DNA from: Callorhinchus milii
Taxonomy: Eukaryota
Direction: 5' to 3'
Assembly: GCF_018977255.1 (NCBI RefSeq)
Contig: NW_024704743.1
Location: forward strand, 89,654,001-89,718,000
DNA length: 64,000 bases
The position numbers and the translations under genes are program-made. The stretch's first letter is position 1; the number at the start of each line of letters is the position of its first letter. Below are positions 1 to 19,514 of the stretch, piece after piece. The notes under the pieces were generated by a model that worked only from the letters and a program-made list of their open reading frames with translations, searched no databases and was not told the origin of the DNA.

Positions 1-32
1 ATGGCCAAATTATCAGTAGGGGGTGGAGGAAG

Positions 33-365
33 TGGAGTCCTGTAGCTTAGTGGTTAGAGCACTCGCCTCACAAGTGAGAGTACCTGGGTTCAATTCCTGG
101 CAGGGCGAAACGTTGGGCAAGTTTCCTTACTCCACCCACCTCTGATCACCCAGCAGTAAGTAGGAACCTGGTTGCTAGTGGACTGGCAGATCGCTTTTCC
201 GGGGCTAATAATCTCTTCCAAAAAATAAATGAATAATAAAAATATATGTGTCTTGGTGAAGACGTCTCAAAGCGCTGCACACAGTATACTCTAAAGTGAA
301 TTGACTATATATTTTCTGACCGAAACACGGCAGCCAATTGCGCACAGCAGTGTCCCGCAAATGGT
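33..365 (+). mobile_element. tRNA-derived SINE (family 1), 3' half inverted
   Basis: A box TAGCTTAGTGG, B box GGTTCAATTCC, body GGGCAAGTTTCCTTACTCCA. The 258-362 segment is the reverse complement of the family tail. Confidence 0.75.
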
Positions 366-526
366 CAAGTTTGTTCCTACATGTTAAGTTTTCAAATCAT
401 GGCGTTGTGTGGGAGTGTTTGTGTGTGAGTGGAGGAGTGGGGGGGCGGTGAGAGAAAGAAAGAAGTGCGAAGAGGAAATCTACAGCACAGTAAACAGAGG
501 AAAGGATAAAAATCCCACAAACGTAC

Positions 527-7041
<6,515 letters not shown>

Positions 7042-7439
7042 TTACACAATAAGAAAAACCGATTGAAATAGGTACCAATCTGATTGATAATGAGACATTT
7101 AAAACAAATTGAACTCTCCCCCACTCGGCTGCACCTCTCACTTTTCACTTCTGCACAACATTCAAGATGGACTACATTAGATTTCTCTGTGTTCGATATG
7201 CTTGAGATCCCTCCCCCCAAATCAAATTCATCTAGGTGTAATCTACACCTTACAAGTCCAACCTAATAATTATTCAGAACCTTAGATCACTTTTAATGAA
7301 CATTATATATTATTCGTGTTTGAATATTGTCTTATTCCACCATTTCACTTTTATGTGCAACTAGAGTATCAAGCATTAAAGCACTCTGGAATGCTACCCA
7401 GCATGAGGGGTGCTATATAAATGCAAGTTGTTGTTGTTG

Positions 7440-7775
7440 AGTACTGCATTCAGTTTTCAGATCCTCACTTCAGAAAGCAAATCTTGGACATAATGCAGAG
7501 AAGAATGAGGAGTACAGCTATGAAGAAAAATTGGAGAAGTCACATCTCTTTTCATTGGAGCAAAGAACATTGAAAGAGGTCCTGATAGAAATGTACAAAT
7601 TTATAAGGGGTTTTGACAGGAGAAATAGAAACAAGCTATTTCCACTTGTAGGGGAGTCAGTGACTAGAGGACAAGGATAATAAAGTAGCACAAGAAGAGT
7701 GAAAGGAGAGCTTAATTTTTTTTCAAAGAGAGCTGTTGGGACATGGAAGGACCTGCCAAGTAAAATGATAGAGGT
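7440..7775 (+). mobile_element. Degenerate CR1 C-terminal fragment
   Basis: YEEKLEK..LFSLEQR and FFSKRAVGTWKDLP similarity. Confidence 0.6.
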
Positions 7776-7784
7776 GGAGTCCAT

Positions 7785-8610
7785 TGTGTTCCTCAAGGCT
7801 CTATCCTTGGTCCTTTGCTCTTCACAATCTCTTTGCTCCTGCTCAGTGATGTCGTCCTCATACATGGGGTTAGCTTCCACATGTATGTGCTTTGAGACAT
7901 CTCAACGATGTGAAAGACGCTATATCAAATACAAGGATTATTATTATCTATCTCTATCTTTCTGCCTCCACTATCTTTCAGTGTCTTGATTGACTGTCAA
8001 CTGTCCTTTAAACCGCACATCTGTACTCTGACTCGTTCAGCTTTCCCCACCTCTGAAACATTGCCCGTCTCCGCCACTACCACTCTCTTCGGGTCACCAA
8101 GACCCTAATCACACATTTATCACATTTAGGCTTTACTACATGAATGCTCTGTTCATCGGATTCCCAGCTCTTCGCTACACAAGCTGCACGCTATCCAGAC
8201 TCTGCAGCCCATGTCCTTTCCTGCAAATAAGCTCCGCAAGCCTATCACTGCCATCCTCGCTTGGCTCCATTGGTTCCCTATCCCCAGAGGTTCGACTTCA
8301 AGTGTGTCGTTCTCACTTTTAAGCCCTCACTCCACCCTACCTCCCCAACTTCCTGAAACCCTACTGACCTGGGCTCCCTTCACTCAGCAAACACTGGTCT
8401 GCTTCATGTCCCTCACCCTATCTCGCACACCATCATCGGGTGGCTTTCAGCCATTCTCAAGACCTACCTCTTTAACCATGCTTTTAGTCATCTTTCCCCT
8501 CCCAACCCCCCTCGGTTCCCACCCCCAGCTCGAGTGCCACGTCAGTACATTAAGGGCCTTGGGACATTCTCAAAACGTGAAAAGTGCTGCACAAATTTTT
8601 AACTTGTATT
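7785..8610 (+). mobile_element. Highly degenerate L2 fragment interrupted by a SINE tail
   Basis: PQG..LGP-like start, LAWLHWFPIP and L2-type 3' end. Confidence 0.55.
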
Positions 8611-9164
8611 GTATCGTAATCCACTATTGTCGAACATCAAGGACCTGGCTCAGTTAGTAGCACTCAGAACAAGTTGGGGCCTCGAAAAGTCAGGGGGTCA
8701 GTAACCTTCTTGTTCTATTTGTCCAGGGCCGAGTTTCAAATCCGTTCCATCATCAGACTGCCTTCTTCCACCTACAGAACGTTGCCCATGGCTGCCCATA
8801 CCTCATTCCAATTGCAAATAAAATCCTTATTATCCATGCTTTTGTTTTTTCAGGATTCATTTGTAACTATAAATTAAAAACTTGCATATACGTGGTTATT
8901 TGTTCGCTGACAAGATGTTATCTGTCAAACAAGCCGCTTATAATAAACCGCAAAAAATAATAAATAATCCTTGCATTTGATATAGCGCTTTTCACGTCTT
9001 CTAGACATCCCAAAGCGCTTCACAGAATATACTGTAAAGTGAATTGACTGTATATTTGTGGGCGAACGCAGCAGCCAATTGCACACAGCAGTGTCCCACA
9101 AACAGTCATGGATTGAAAATGACCAATTTCTTATTGTTTTTGATTTTTGGAGGGATTATTATTA

Positions 9165-9885
9165 CAAAAGAGAACTGACAGGAAATAAAAAAGGCAAAGA
9201 AATTGTATGTGAAAAGATTAGCAGGTAATATAAAAGGGAACCCTAAGGTATTTTATAAGCATATAAAGAACAAAAGGTTAGTCAAAGGTAGGGTGGGGCA
9301 ACTGGGGACCAAAAGGGAAATCTTCTTGTGGAGGCAGGGGAATGGCTGACGTATTGAATAAGTACTTTGCATCTGTCTTCACAAAAGAAGAGGATGCAGC
9401 CAATGCCACAGTATCGGAGGAGAGGTTAGAGAAATTGGATAGGATAAGAATAAACTGAGAGGAGGTACTAAAATGGTTGATGATTCTCAAGGTAGATAAG
9501 TCACCCGGTCAGGACGAGATGCATCCTAAGTTACTATGGGAAGTACTGGTGGAAATAGCAGAGGCTCTGGCCACATTCTTTGAATCCTTCTTCGACACCG
9601 GGGTGGTGCCAGAGGACTGGAGGGTTGCAAATATTACTCCTCTGTACAAAAAGGGGCAGAAGCATAAACCCGGGAACTACAGGCCAGTAGTGGGGAAACT
9701 TCTAGATACTACATTCCAGGACAAAATGAAGCTTAACGTGGAGAAATGCAAAGTGATGTATTTTGGGAGGAAGATTGAGGAGAGGCAATATAAGCTGATG
9801 GCAGAATCTTAAAGGGGGTGAAGGAACAGAGAGACCTGAGGGCTCATATAAGTAAATGTTTGAAGGTGGCAGGACAGGTCCAAAG
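9165..9885 (+). mobile_element. CR1-clade LINE RT fragment with internal deletion
   Basis: KSPGQDEMHPKLL, PEDWRVANITPLYKKG, PGNYRPV fused to MKLNVEKCKVMYFG. Confidence 0.85.
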
Positions 9886-9899
9886 GTTGTATGTTCAAA

Positions 9900-10330
9900 C
9901 CCATGGCATTAAGCTGTTTTTAAATGAGTCCTAATTTTAACCACTCTTTGCAGTTGTTAATTATCTTCTGGGTAAAGTAGTACTTTCTGGTGTCCATCCT
10001 GGAATTGCCCTTTGCAACTCTAAACCTATGTCTTCTTGTTCTACTGTCTTGGTGTTTTCTAAAGTATTGTTCTGGGTTTACTCTTTCAATCCCAATTAAA
10101 ATGTTACACATCTCTGTAAGGTCCCCTCTGCGATGTCTTCTCTCAAGTCTGAGAAACCTTAGTTTGTTTGATCAGTGCTCATAGTTCATTTCTCTAATAC
10201 TCCCAAGATTGATGAGACCAACCATTCCTCTATTGTTGATCTCCTCTGCACTACCCCTGGACCTTGATAGCTCCTTTATATAGTATCAATAAGAATTCTA
10301 TGCAGTACTCTAGGTGTGGCTTGATCAAAG
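9900..10330 (-). mobile_element. CR1 3' fragment
   Basis: RTRRH..R, RKYYFTQKIIN: CR1 C-terminal motif. Confidence 0.7.
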
Positions 10331-10559
10331 CACAAAGCTTCATCGTGAAGTGCTTTGAAAGGTTTGAATGTTGTAGGTAATGCAAGTGCTGCATTCAATC
10401 TCAAAAAGCATTAAGACAACAACAACAAGATTACATTTGTATAGCACCTTTCACATCAGGAGGACGCCCCAAAGCGCTGAGACCATCCAAACAGGGATGA
10501 TGTTCAATCCTGTCAATGGATGAGCACCAAGTGTACAGATAAAATATAGGAAAAAGAAA

Positions 10560-11550
10560 CAACAACAAAATTTACGCTGGACAGACAGAGTTATGGATCC
10601 AAGCTGAGGGTTGGAGTAGGAGAGGGCAGGGGGGAAGCAGGGAGATCGAAAGCACGGTCGAAGAAGAAGGTCTTGAAGTGGGTCTTGAAGGTGGCGGGGA
10701 CTGGGCGAGATGGAGGGACTGCGGGATGGACTTCCAGAGGGTGTGTGCAGAGTGGCACACTAGTAGGACGAGCAAGGCGGGTGATGTGAAGCAGGCCGGA
10801 GACCACTGAGCAGAGGTAGCGAACAGGGTGATAGGGGGTAGGAGGTCGGAGAGGTAGGGGGGAGCAAGACCGTGGAGGGCTTTGAAGGTGAGGACCAGGA
10901 TCTTGAACCGTATCCTGTGTGATGGGAAGCCAGGGGTGTTGGGCAAGGATGAAGATGATAGGGTCACGGAGCCTAGTGCGGGAGAGGACATGGGCTGCAG
11001 AGTTCTGGATGATCTGCAGCCTGTGAAGGGAGGAGTTGGGGAGGCCGACAAGCAGTGAGTTTGCATAGTTCAGCCTCGATGTAATGAAGGTGCGTATGAG
11101 AGTTTTGGTGGCCTGCGGTGCGAGACAGTGGCGGAGCCGGGTGACGTTGTGGAGGTGGGGGAAGGCAGAGCGGGTCATGGCGCAGATGTGAGGTAGAAAG
11201 GATAGTTGAGCGTCAAACAAGACCCCAAGATTCCGGATTGGCTCAGTGAGGTGGAGTGTGTAGCCATGGATGGTGATGGAGGCGCTGATGGGAACCAAGG
11301 AGAGCCTCGGTCTTGTTGACGTTCAACTGAAGAAAGTTAGTTCTCATCCAGGACTTGGTGTCTGACGGACATTCTGCCAGCACAGCAGTGGCCCTGGAGT
11401 CAAGGGTGGAGGCAGAGAGGTAGAGTTGGGTATCATTCGCATACATGTGGAAGCTGTACCCATGTCTGCTGATGATGTCACCAAGAGGGAGCATATAGGT
11501 ATTGAAGAGGAAGGGACCAAGGACAGAGCCCTTAGGAACGCCGCACAAGA
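10560..11550 (-). mobile_element. Older L2 fragment (RT to 3' region)
   Basis: [19 protein letters not shown] and RLQIIQNSAA frames with frameshifts. Confidence 0.85.
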
Positions 11551-11664
11551 CAATAAACAATAAAGATTATTCAGTAGTCTGGGTCACCCAACGACATCGA
11601 CTAGCATAATGCTCAACCTCCCACACATCATAACAATAATAATAATGTGGTCATTCAAACCACG

Positions 11665-12032
11665 ACTCCTGAAGCTCAGTGGTTAGAGCGCTTGCCTTGC
11701 AAATGAGAGACCTGGGTTGGATTCCCAGCAGGGCGATACGTTGGGCAAGTTTCCTTACTCCATACTCCCCTGTTTACCTAACAGTAAATAGGAACCCGGT
11801 TGTTAGTTGATTGGCAGATTGCTTTTCCGGGAGAAATAATGCCTTCAAAAAAAAAATAGTAAATTGGTCGCTTCAATCCACGACTGTTTGTGATACACTG
11901 CTGTGCGCAATTGACATCCGTGTTTCGCCAATAAAGTAGTCACTACACTTTACAGTATATTCTATGAAGCGCTTTAAGGTGTCTTGAAGATGTGATAAGG
12001 CGCAATATCAAAAGGAAGGGTTATTATTATTT
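11665..12032 (+). mobile_element. tRNA-derived SINE family 1
   Basis: GCTCAGTGGTTAGAGCG head, conserved body and (TTA)n tail. Confidence 0.8.
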
Positions 12033-14780
12033 TCATACCAATATTGATGTACCATCAATGCAACTGCTTCACTGAAATTACTTTCTCATATAACTTGCTT
12101 TATCATCTCCAACCCCTTCACTTATGATCTACCATTCAATTCAAATCCTCAGCCTCATGAATTTTCCCACAGGCTTTGGAACACAGATATTCAGACCTTA
12201 GCCCACGGCTGTTCCTTCATTCAGGCCTTGAGTATTCCTCTATATTGCTTCCTCAGCAGAATCTGTCTTCCAAGATTTGAGGAGTGGAGATGCTGAGTGC
12301 TTTTGAAAGTTTTTGTTTAATTATCTGAGAGATCCAGGTATCTATGATGCTAATTCCCAGGAAATACGAGTGGGTGAAGCCTGTGATAGGAATACGGTAC
12401 AGTATGCGCTGACTGGAATTTATGGGCCTTTCCTTATTCATTCCAATGGCCTTTGTTTATTACATGCTTTTTAGCTTGACTCACTATTGCAATTCAATTA
12501 GCATGCAACTCATAAAACACTGAACACAAAGCTTCATCCTAAATAAAAAGAATCCAGTGTTAATTTATTGACATCAGGGACGTTCCCAAAGATACATTTA
12601 TAATTCCTTTTCTTTCTAGTGAAAAGTGTTATTTTGGAAATACTTCAATCGAAGCTACTACGAGCAAGAAGATGGATGAAACCTGTCCACAAAAAGGAAA
12701 GAGATTTTTAATTAGGTTAACACACTGACGAGATTTAATGAAATTAACTATTTCCCTCCCAGCCTGCTTCCACAGCTGCCTGAATTTGAGCAGAGATTCC
12801 TGAGAGTAGTTATAGAGAGGGTAAATAATTATTATTCAAAAAATTCCCGGGAAGAATAGTTTGAAACAAATATAAGACGTTAATGCTCCACAACAAAAAC
12901 AACAACTTGCATTTATATAGAGCGCTTCATGTGGGTTACCATCTCAAAGCGTATTAACAAAGGTGGAGCTTGACGCCAAGGAAGGGTGAGCACAGAGGTG
13001 ACCATAGGCACGGTCAAAGACAAAGATCTTAAGGTATGTTCTTAAGGAGATAAAGCACTCCGAGACGCTACCCCACGTGAAAGGCACTATATAAATGCAA
13101 GTTGTTGTTGAAGAGGTGAAGTGGAAGGCTTGAGGCAGAGAGTTCCAGTGTCTCGGGTGTTAGGGATCAAAGCACGGCCATCAACGATGGAGAGGAGGGG
13201 ACGAGAGCCACGCAAGAGGCCAAAGCTGGCCAAGTGAACGGGGTGGGTAGAGAAGTGGGGTGTAAGCAGCACAAGTCATGTACATAATGAATAGTTCCCA
13301 ACAATATTCAGTGGAATAACCAGCATATTTATACCAGCATAAACAAAACAATAATAAATTGGTCATTTTCAATCCACGACTGTTTGTGGGACCCTGCTGT
13401 GCGCAATTGGCTGCCGCGTTCGCCCACAAATATACGGTCAATTCACTTTACAGTATATTCTGTGAAGCTCTTTGGGATGTCTAGAAGACGTGAAAAGCGC
13501 TATATCAAATGCAAGGATTATTATTATTATTATCATCTTCAACCGGTGACTCAAGTTACACTGTTGTTGTGATCTCTCATTTGCTTTTCACTTTACTGTT
13601 TGCAGATCCTTTTCAGTCTATTTACAGCTCAACACCTGGGGCTGAAGGGTGCAGTGATTATGCATTATTTTAAGCAGGAATAACCAGTTTGCAGTCCATA
13701 GGAGTGAAAATTCTATACATGCATAATGTGGCCCGTGAGCCACAAGTTGGCCATCCCTGATTTTAAGTATAGAGGCACTGCACCTTTAAGGTGGATTTAG
13801 TGAAGATCTGACATATCACGAATGACAGAATAGATACTTTTAATTTAGAAACTGATATACTGACCCAGCTTTAGGAAGTTGGGAGCTAGAGTTACTCATG
13901 TGTTGTTTAACGTCGTCCTGGTGTTCTTAAACACAAGCTAGCGGGGGGGGGGGTGACATAATAATAATTAAACGTTGTTTAATTATCAAGGGAAGCCATT
14001 ATTAAAGTTGGTGCTTTTACAATGCATCCAAGGGTGGGGAAATCCCTTCAGGATACGGGCTTTTCATAATAGGAATCTCCAGATTCTAAGTGCCAGATTG
14101 AGGACCCGATGTGTGTGTTGGGGTATTGCTGGAATTTAACCAGCTAAAACTTCATAGCTTGCCACTGAGAGTATCAGAGACCAAGAGAAAAACTTGCAAC
14201 ATAGCAAAAAGGTCATCGCCTCCATCTGGTTTGTCCCAATGTTTAATAAACAAAATCACACATGACTCTCCTGTACCACTGATACTATCTTGAGAGGCTG
14301 AATGGCCTCCTCCAAAAAGAGCCCTGTTTCTACAGTCGTGAGTCAAAAGTGGGGAAGGAAGAGGGTTGGGAGATTCCTTCTTCTCTCCCCCCACCCCCAT
14401 TTCACCAAATCAAGTTGTATTATAAATGTCTGAAGAAATGTCTGGAAATCTGTGAACCATCTCAGTTTGACAGAGTTTACTAAAGTGTCCATCCCTCCAC
14501 ATGTGTCAGAATGCCCTATGCTACACCTCCCATCATCTCTTTGCCAGTCAAGGTCCACGATTCAACTCAGTCTTAGGCTGTAAGACCATTTGGTCAAACT
14601 TTTTAAAAACTCACGCATAAATGGGGAAAAATCTTACGTTCGGTCTGAAGTTGAAAGCTTTTTTATTTCGCCGCAGGTCTTAAAAATGACAAGAGTTCCA
14701 AAGCAAGACCAAATTCAACCAATTTGCCGCAATTCCTGGTGTTCTTAAACACAAGCTAGCGGGGGGGGGGGGGGGTGACA

Positions 14781-15107
14781 TAATAATAATAATCCTTGCA
14801 TTTGACATAGCGCTTTTCACGTCTTCTAGACGTCCAAAAGCGCTTCACAGAATATACTGTAAAGTGAATTGACTGTGTATTTGTGGGCGAACGCAGCAGC
14901 CAACTGCGCACCGCAATGTCCCACAAACAGTCATGGATTGAAAATGACCAATTTATTATTGTTTTTGTTTTTGTTTTTGGGAGGGAATATTATCAGGCGC
15001 GCGGAGTCAGGAAACTTGCCCGAGGTTTCGCCCTGACCTGCCGGGAACTGAACCCGGGTCTCTCGCTTGCAAAGCGAGCGCTCTGACCGCTGAGCCACAG
15101 GACTCCA
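14781..15107 (-). mobile_element. tRNA-derived SINE family 1
   Basis: Head GGAGTCCTGTGGCTCAGCGGTCAGAGCG and (AAT)n tail. Confidence 0.8.
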
Positions 15108-15279
15108 CATGTGGTGTATTCACATCTCGAGTGGATTCCACTGACATATTTTGCTCCACCGCAGTTATCAGAGCGCAGGGGACTGACTGACTGACTGTGT
15201 GGAAGATGTCGTGTGAAGAAGTTTCCACTGCAAACACACACACACACACACACTGTGCACATCTGGAAAGAGGATATGA

Positions 15280-15740
15280 CACTGCGGGAGAAACCCACGT
15301 TGCAGTGATGACCAATGTTCCAGCGATTCTTCCCCTGAAACTGGTTCCTGTTCACCGCGAAGCCCTCGAGGCGGAACCTCACTCCCGTCTGGACTGAGGC
15401 GCAGAGCACTGTCGCCCTTTTCCCCAACGCGGCGCCTCTCCCAAAGTACCCAAAACAACATCGGAAACCCAAAGTCCAGCGAATGTGCTCCGAGTGTCGG
15501 TCAACAACATTACCTGTGAACGGTCCCCGCGACTCCGAGCGCGCAAACCGCCTCCTGTCGGGAGCGGCTCCAGAGGAGGAGGAGGAGGAGGAGGAGAGGC
15601 AGGAAGTTTGTGGGAAGGAAATGCGAAGTCAAAGCAGCGGCTCCAGAGGGAGGGTTTGGGGCCGCGGCTCTCAGGGGCGGATTGGAGCGGAGCTGTGAGT
15701 GTGTGAGTGAGTGTGTGAGTGGCACTGAGTGTGTGCAGCA
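15280..15740 (-). promoter_or_regulatory. CpG-rich promoter and probable non-coding first exon of copine A
   Basis: CpG-rich island about 8.5 kb upstream of the ATG exon, which starts at an acceptor only 8 nt before the ATG and so needs an upstream exon. Minus-strand donor CAG|GTAATG at 15514/15513. GGGGCGG and ATTGG (CCAAT) at about 15674-15685. Confidence 0.6.
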
Positions 15741-15741
15741 C

Positions 15742-16650
15742 TGCCCCTCCCCTCCCTCCCTGCTCAGCCCTCCCCTGCCCTCCCCAGCCCTGGTCAGCCC
15801 TGCTCAGCCCTCCCCTCCCCTCCCCAGCCCTGGTCAGCCCTCCCCTCCCCTCCCCAGCCCTGCTCAGCCCTCCCTGCCCTCCCCAGCCCTGGTCAGCCCT
15901 GCTCAGCCCTCCCCTGCCCTCCCTCCCAGCCCTGGTCAGCCCTCCCCTCCCCTCCCCAGCCCTGCTCAGCCCTCCCCTGCCCTCCCCAGCCCTGGTCAGC
16001 CCTGCTCAGCCCTCCCCTGCCCTCCCCTCCCCAGCCCTGCTCAGCCCTCCCCTCCCTCCCCAGTCCTGGTCAGCCCTCCCCTCCCCAGCCCTGGTCAGCC
16101 CTCCCCTCCCCTCCCCAGCCCTGGTCAGCCCTCCCCTGCCCTCCCCAGCCCTGGTCAGCCGTCCCCTCCCCTCCCCAGCCCTGCTCAGCCCTCCCCAGCC
16201 CTGCTCAGCCCTCCCCTCCCCTCCCCAGCCCTGGTCAGCCCTCCCCTCCCCAGCCCTGGTCAGCCCTCCCCTCCCCAGCCCTGCTCAGCCCTCCCCTCCC
16301 CTCCCCTCCCCAGCCCTGGTCAGCCCTCCCCTCCCCAGCCCTGCTCAGCCCTCCCCAGCCCTGCTCAGCCCTCCCCAGCCCTCCCCAGCCCTCCCCTCCC
16401 CAGCCCTGCTCAGCCCTCCCCTGCCCTCCCCAGCCCTGCTCAGCCCCCCTCCCCTCCCCAGCCCTGGTCAGCCCTCCCCTCCCCAGCCCTGGTCAGCCCT
16501 CCCCTTCCCAGCCCTGCCCAGCCCTTCTCAGCCCTCCCCTCCCCAGCCCTGCTCAGCCCTCCCCAGCCCTGCTCAGCCCTGCCCTCCCCTGCTCAGCCCT
16601 CCCCTGCTCAGCCCTCCCCAGCCCACCCCTGCTCAGCCCTGCCCTCCCAC
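15742..16650. repeat. C-rich minisatellite (CCCTGCTCAG / CCCTGGTCAG / CCCTC / CCCAG modules)
   Basis: About 900 bp of directly visible 5- and 10-nt modules. It produces the spurious Pro/Ser-rich ORFs in all three + frames. Confidence 0.95.
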
Positions 16651-17424
16651 AGCCACTCCCCGGGCTCTTCTCCAAACACTGCAAGTCACAGGGCTCAGCC
16701 CAGCACTGGCCACATGCCCACTGACCAAGCTGTGACCAGCCGAGGGGAGAAGGGAAGGAAATAATAATAACAAGCTTTGCATTTAATACAGCGCCTTGGG
16801 ACGTCCTCCCGATGTGAAAGGCGCTCTATAAATGTAATTTTGTTGTTGTTCAGGCGTCTCAAAGCACTTCACAGTATGTACTGTAAAGTGAATTGACTAT
16901 TTTGTGGGAGAATGCGGCAGCCACTTCCACACTGTGTGTCCCACAAATAGTCACGAATTGAGTGATTTTTATTTAATATATCTATATATATGTCAGGAGA
17001 TAACGCAGAATCTCTTTGGGACTCAGCTGCCTCCAAAGTGATGTGCTGGCAATGGAATATGGAAATTGAGTCAACTCTTTGCGGCAGTTTTGGTAACCAG
17101 GTGGGTCTGCAGTATTCCAAGGCGATGCTGGTGATATCCCAGCCAGTCTTGGCAGGATTTGTAGGGCAGAGAGCAAGTGACACTTACTGCGCACGACATG
17201 TCCAGTGCGCCAAAATAGACATTAGCAATGCGTCCTGCTCATACCACAAATACATCCCCGACAATCCACCGTTTGCTTGCAAAAATACAGTCACTACACT
17301 TCACAGTAAGAATTATGTGAAGCATTGCGGTATCCTGAAGATATCGCTGGGATACAAAGGTAGAAGGGCATACCCAGGAGAAGTGAAAATACACCTGTGT
17401 CCATGTCCTGCCATTTGTTTGATA

Positions 17425-18355
17425 CTGCACACGTCTTGTGCAGCGTTCCTCAGGGCTCTGTCCTTGGTCCTCTCCCTCGTCTTCAATATCTATATGCTCC
17501 CTCTTGGTGACATCATCCACAGACGTGGTCAACTTCCACATGTATGCGGATGACACCCAACTATACCTCTCTGCCTCCTCCCTTAACTCCAGAACCACTA
17601 CTGTGCTGACAGAATGTCAGACACCAAGTCCTGGATGAGAGCTAACTTTCTTCAGTTGAACGTCAACAAGACCGAGGCTCTCCTGATTGGCTCCCGTCAG
17701 CGCCTCCACACTACAGGCACTGACAGCATCACCATCCATGGATACACACTTCACCTCACTAAGCCAGTCCGGAACCTTGGCGTCTTGTTTGACGCTCAAC
17801 TATCCTTTCAACCCCACATCTGCACCGTGAACGCTTCTGCCTTCCTCCACTGCCGCAACATCACCCGGCTCTGGCACTGTCTCACACCGCAGGCCGCCAA
17901 AACTCTCATACGCACTTTCATTACATCGAGGCTCAACTATGCAAACTCACTGCTTGTCAGCCTTGCCAACTCCTCCCTCCATAGGCTGCAGATCATCCAG
18001 AACTCTGCAGCCCGTGTCCTCTCCCGCACTAGGCTCCACGACCCTATCACCCCCATCCTTGCCCAACTCCCCTGGCTTCCCATCACACAGAGGATACAGT
18101 TCAAGATCCTGGTCCTCACCTTCAAAGCCCTCCATGGTCTTGCTCCCCCTACCTCCGACCTCTCGTCCCCTCCCTCGCCATCTTCAAGACCCACCTCAAG
18201 ACCCTTTTTGACCGCTCTTTCGATTTCCCTGCTTCCCCCCCTGCCCTCCTCCACCCCGACTGCCAGCTCGGGTCCATAACTTTGTATGTCCAGTGCCTTG
18301 GAACGTCCTCTGGACGTGAAAGGTTATATACAAATGTGATTTTGTTGCTATTGTT
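17425..18355 (+). mobile_element. Older L2 fragment with tail
   Basis: [32 protein letters not shown] and a degenerate GTT tail. Confidence 0.85.
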
Positions 18356-19503
18356 GTATTCCCCATATGTACAGCAGCTGGCAAAATTCCATATAGATGA
18401 AGCATCGGGATATCGCTGTGACCGAAAACTGTACCAGGGTTTTACTGGATCCAATGGAAAGGATTGCCTCTCTATATTCTAAATATTCCAATAAAAGCGC
18501 ATCGTACCTTTCACCTGCCAAACTCCGCTTTGTACCCATCCTGTTTTTACATGGCACACCTATCCATCAAATAAAGTTCCGATCATCACATAAATGCACT
18601 AAGTTATACTACCAAATTCACTCCATCGATCTGCTACTTTGCAGGCCACTAACAGTAAATATTTCATTACTGGGTATCAGCGAAACACTCATAATTTAGT
18701 ACATCAATAACATTGATCCCAAGTAAATGGGATCAATGTTATTCTTTTGTTCTCTTAAATTCACCTTTAGGAGCTTCCTTTGAGCAATTGTAAAATCCCA
18801 CGTAATAGAAAGTTTTCTTTGGCCAGGTTAGCCCATTCTCACCCATCCCGTATTATTCTATTAAAGTGACTATCAAAGCCTATTAAAGTAATTTATTCTG
18901 ATACAACAAAACTTTATTCCTTAAACTTGCATTTGTTGATTTTGTTTGGCCTGATAGTTTCCCAATTAATAATAATCCTTGCATTTGAGACGTCTCAAAG
19001 AGCTTCGCATAACATACTGTAATGTGAGTTGACTGAATATTTTGTGGGTGAAACGCTTGTAGCCAATTTGCTGCAATGGGCTGCACATCTTTGCAGAACG
19101 GTCAGCCAAGGGAGTCCATTCAGCCTTGTGTGTGCGCCATGTATGTGCATTTTTTAATAAATCATAATTTTTAATTAATCATCTTTTTCCCACATCCTTT
19201 AAGATCTACTTCTCAGGATTTAGCCAGAAGGCACTGTATAACTGATGTTGCAACCTCTGCTATTTTGGTTCAACATCTCTCCTCTGCTCAGCCATACTCT
19301 AAAAACATATCTGGGATCAGCATCTAGGAGACTCAAAGAGCAGGAATTGGATTCAAATACAGGTGTGTGTTATATGCTGCACAAATATATTGCAGAACCA
19401 AGTTGATGGGCATCTAAAACTTCCAATTGAAACATAGCACTTAAATTACACAATTTACATCTATCACAAGACAAAACAAGAATTGAATGAATGTCGAACC
19501 AAA

Positions 19504-19514
19504 TTTATTTTATT
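19504..19514 (-). terminator. Candidate distal polyadenylation signal of copine B
   Basis: Two overlapping AATAAA on the minus strand followed by a GU/U-rich tract (TTCTTGTTTTGTCTTGTG). An alternative proximal AATAAA with U-rich tract is at 21308-21313. Confidence 0.4.

Noticed and set aside
33..110. tRNA-like sequences with A/B boxes (also 11665, 15107, 23487, 46030, 60828)
   Set aside because: Each continues into a shared SINE body and tail and lacks a proper acceptor stem; these are SINE heads, not tRNA genes.
12640..12705. Possible extra 5' UTR exon of A (pyrimidine tract and CAG at about 12683)
   Set aside because: No convincing donor; may be chance.
15610..16764. 331-384 aa Pro/Ser-rich ORFs
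   Set aside because: Open in all three frames because the minisatellite lacks stop codons; no splice or protein-family support.
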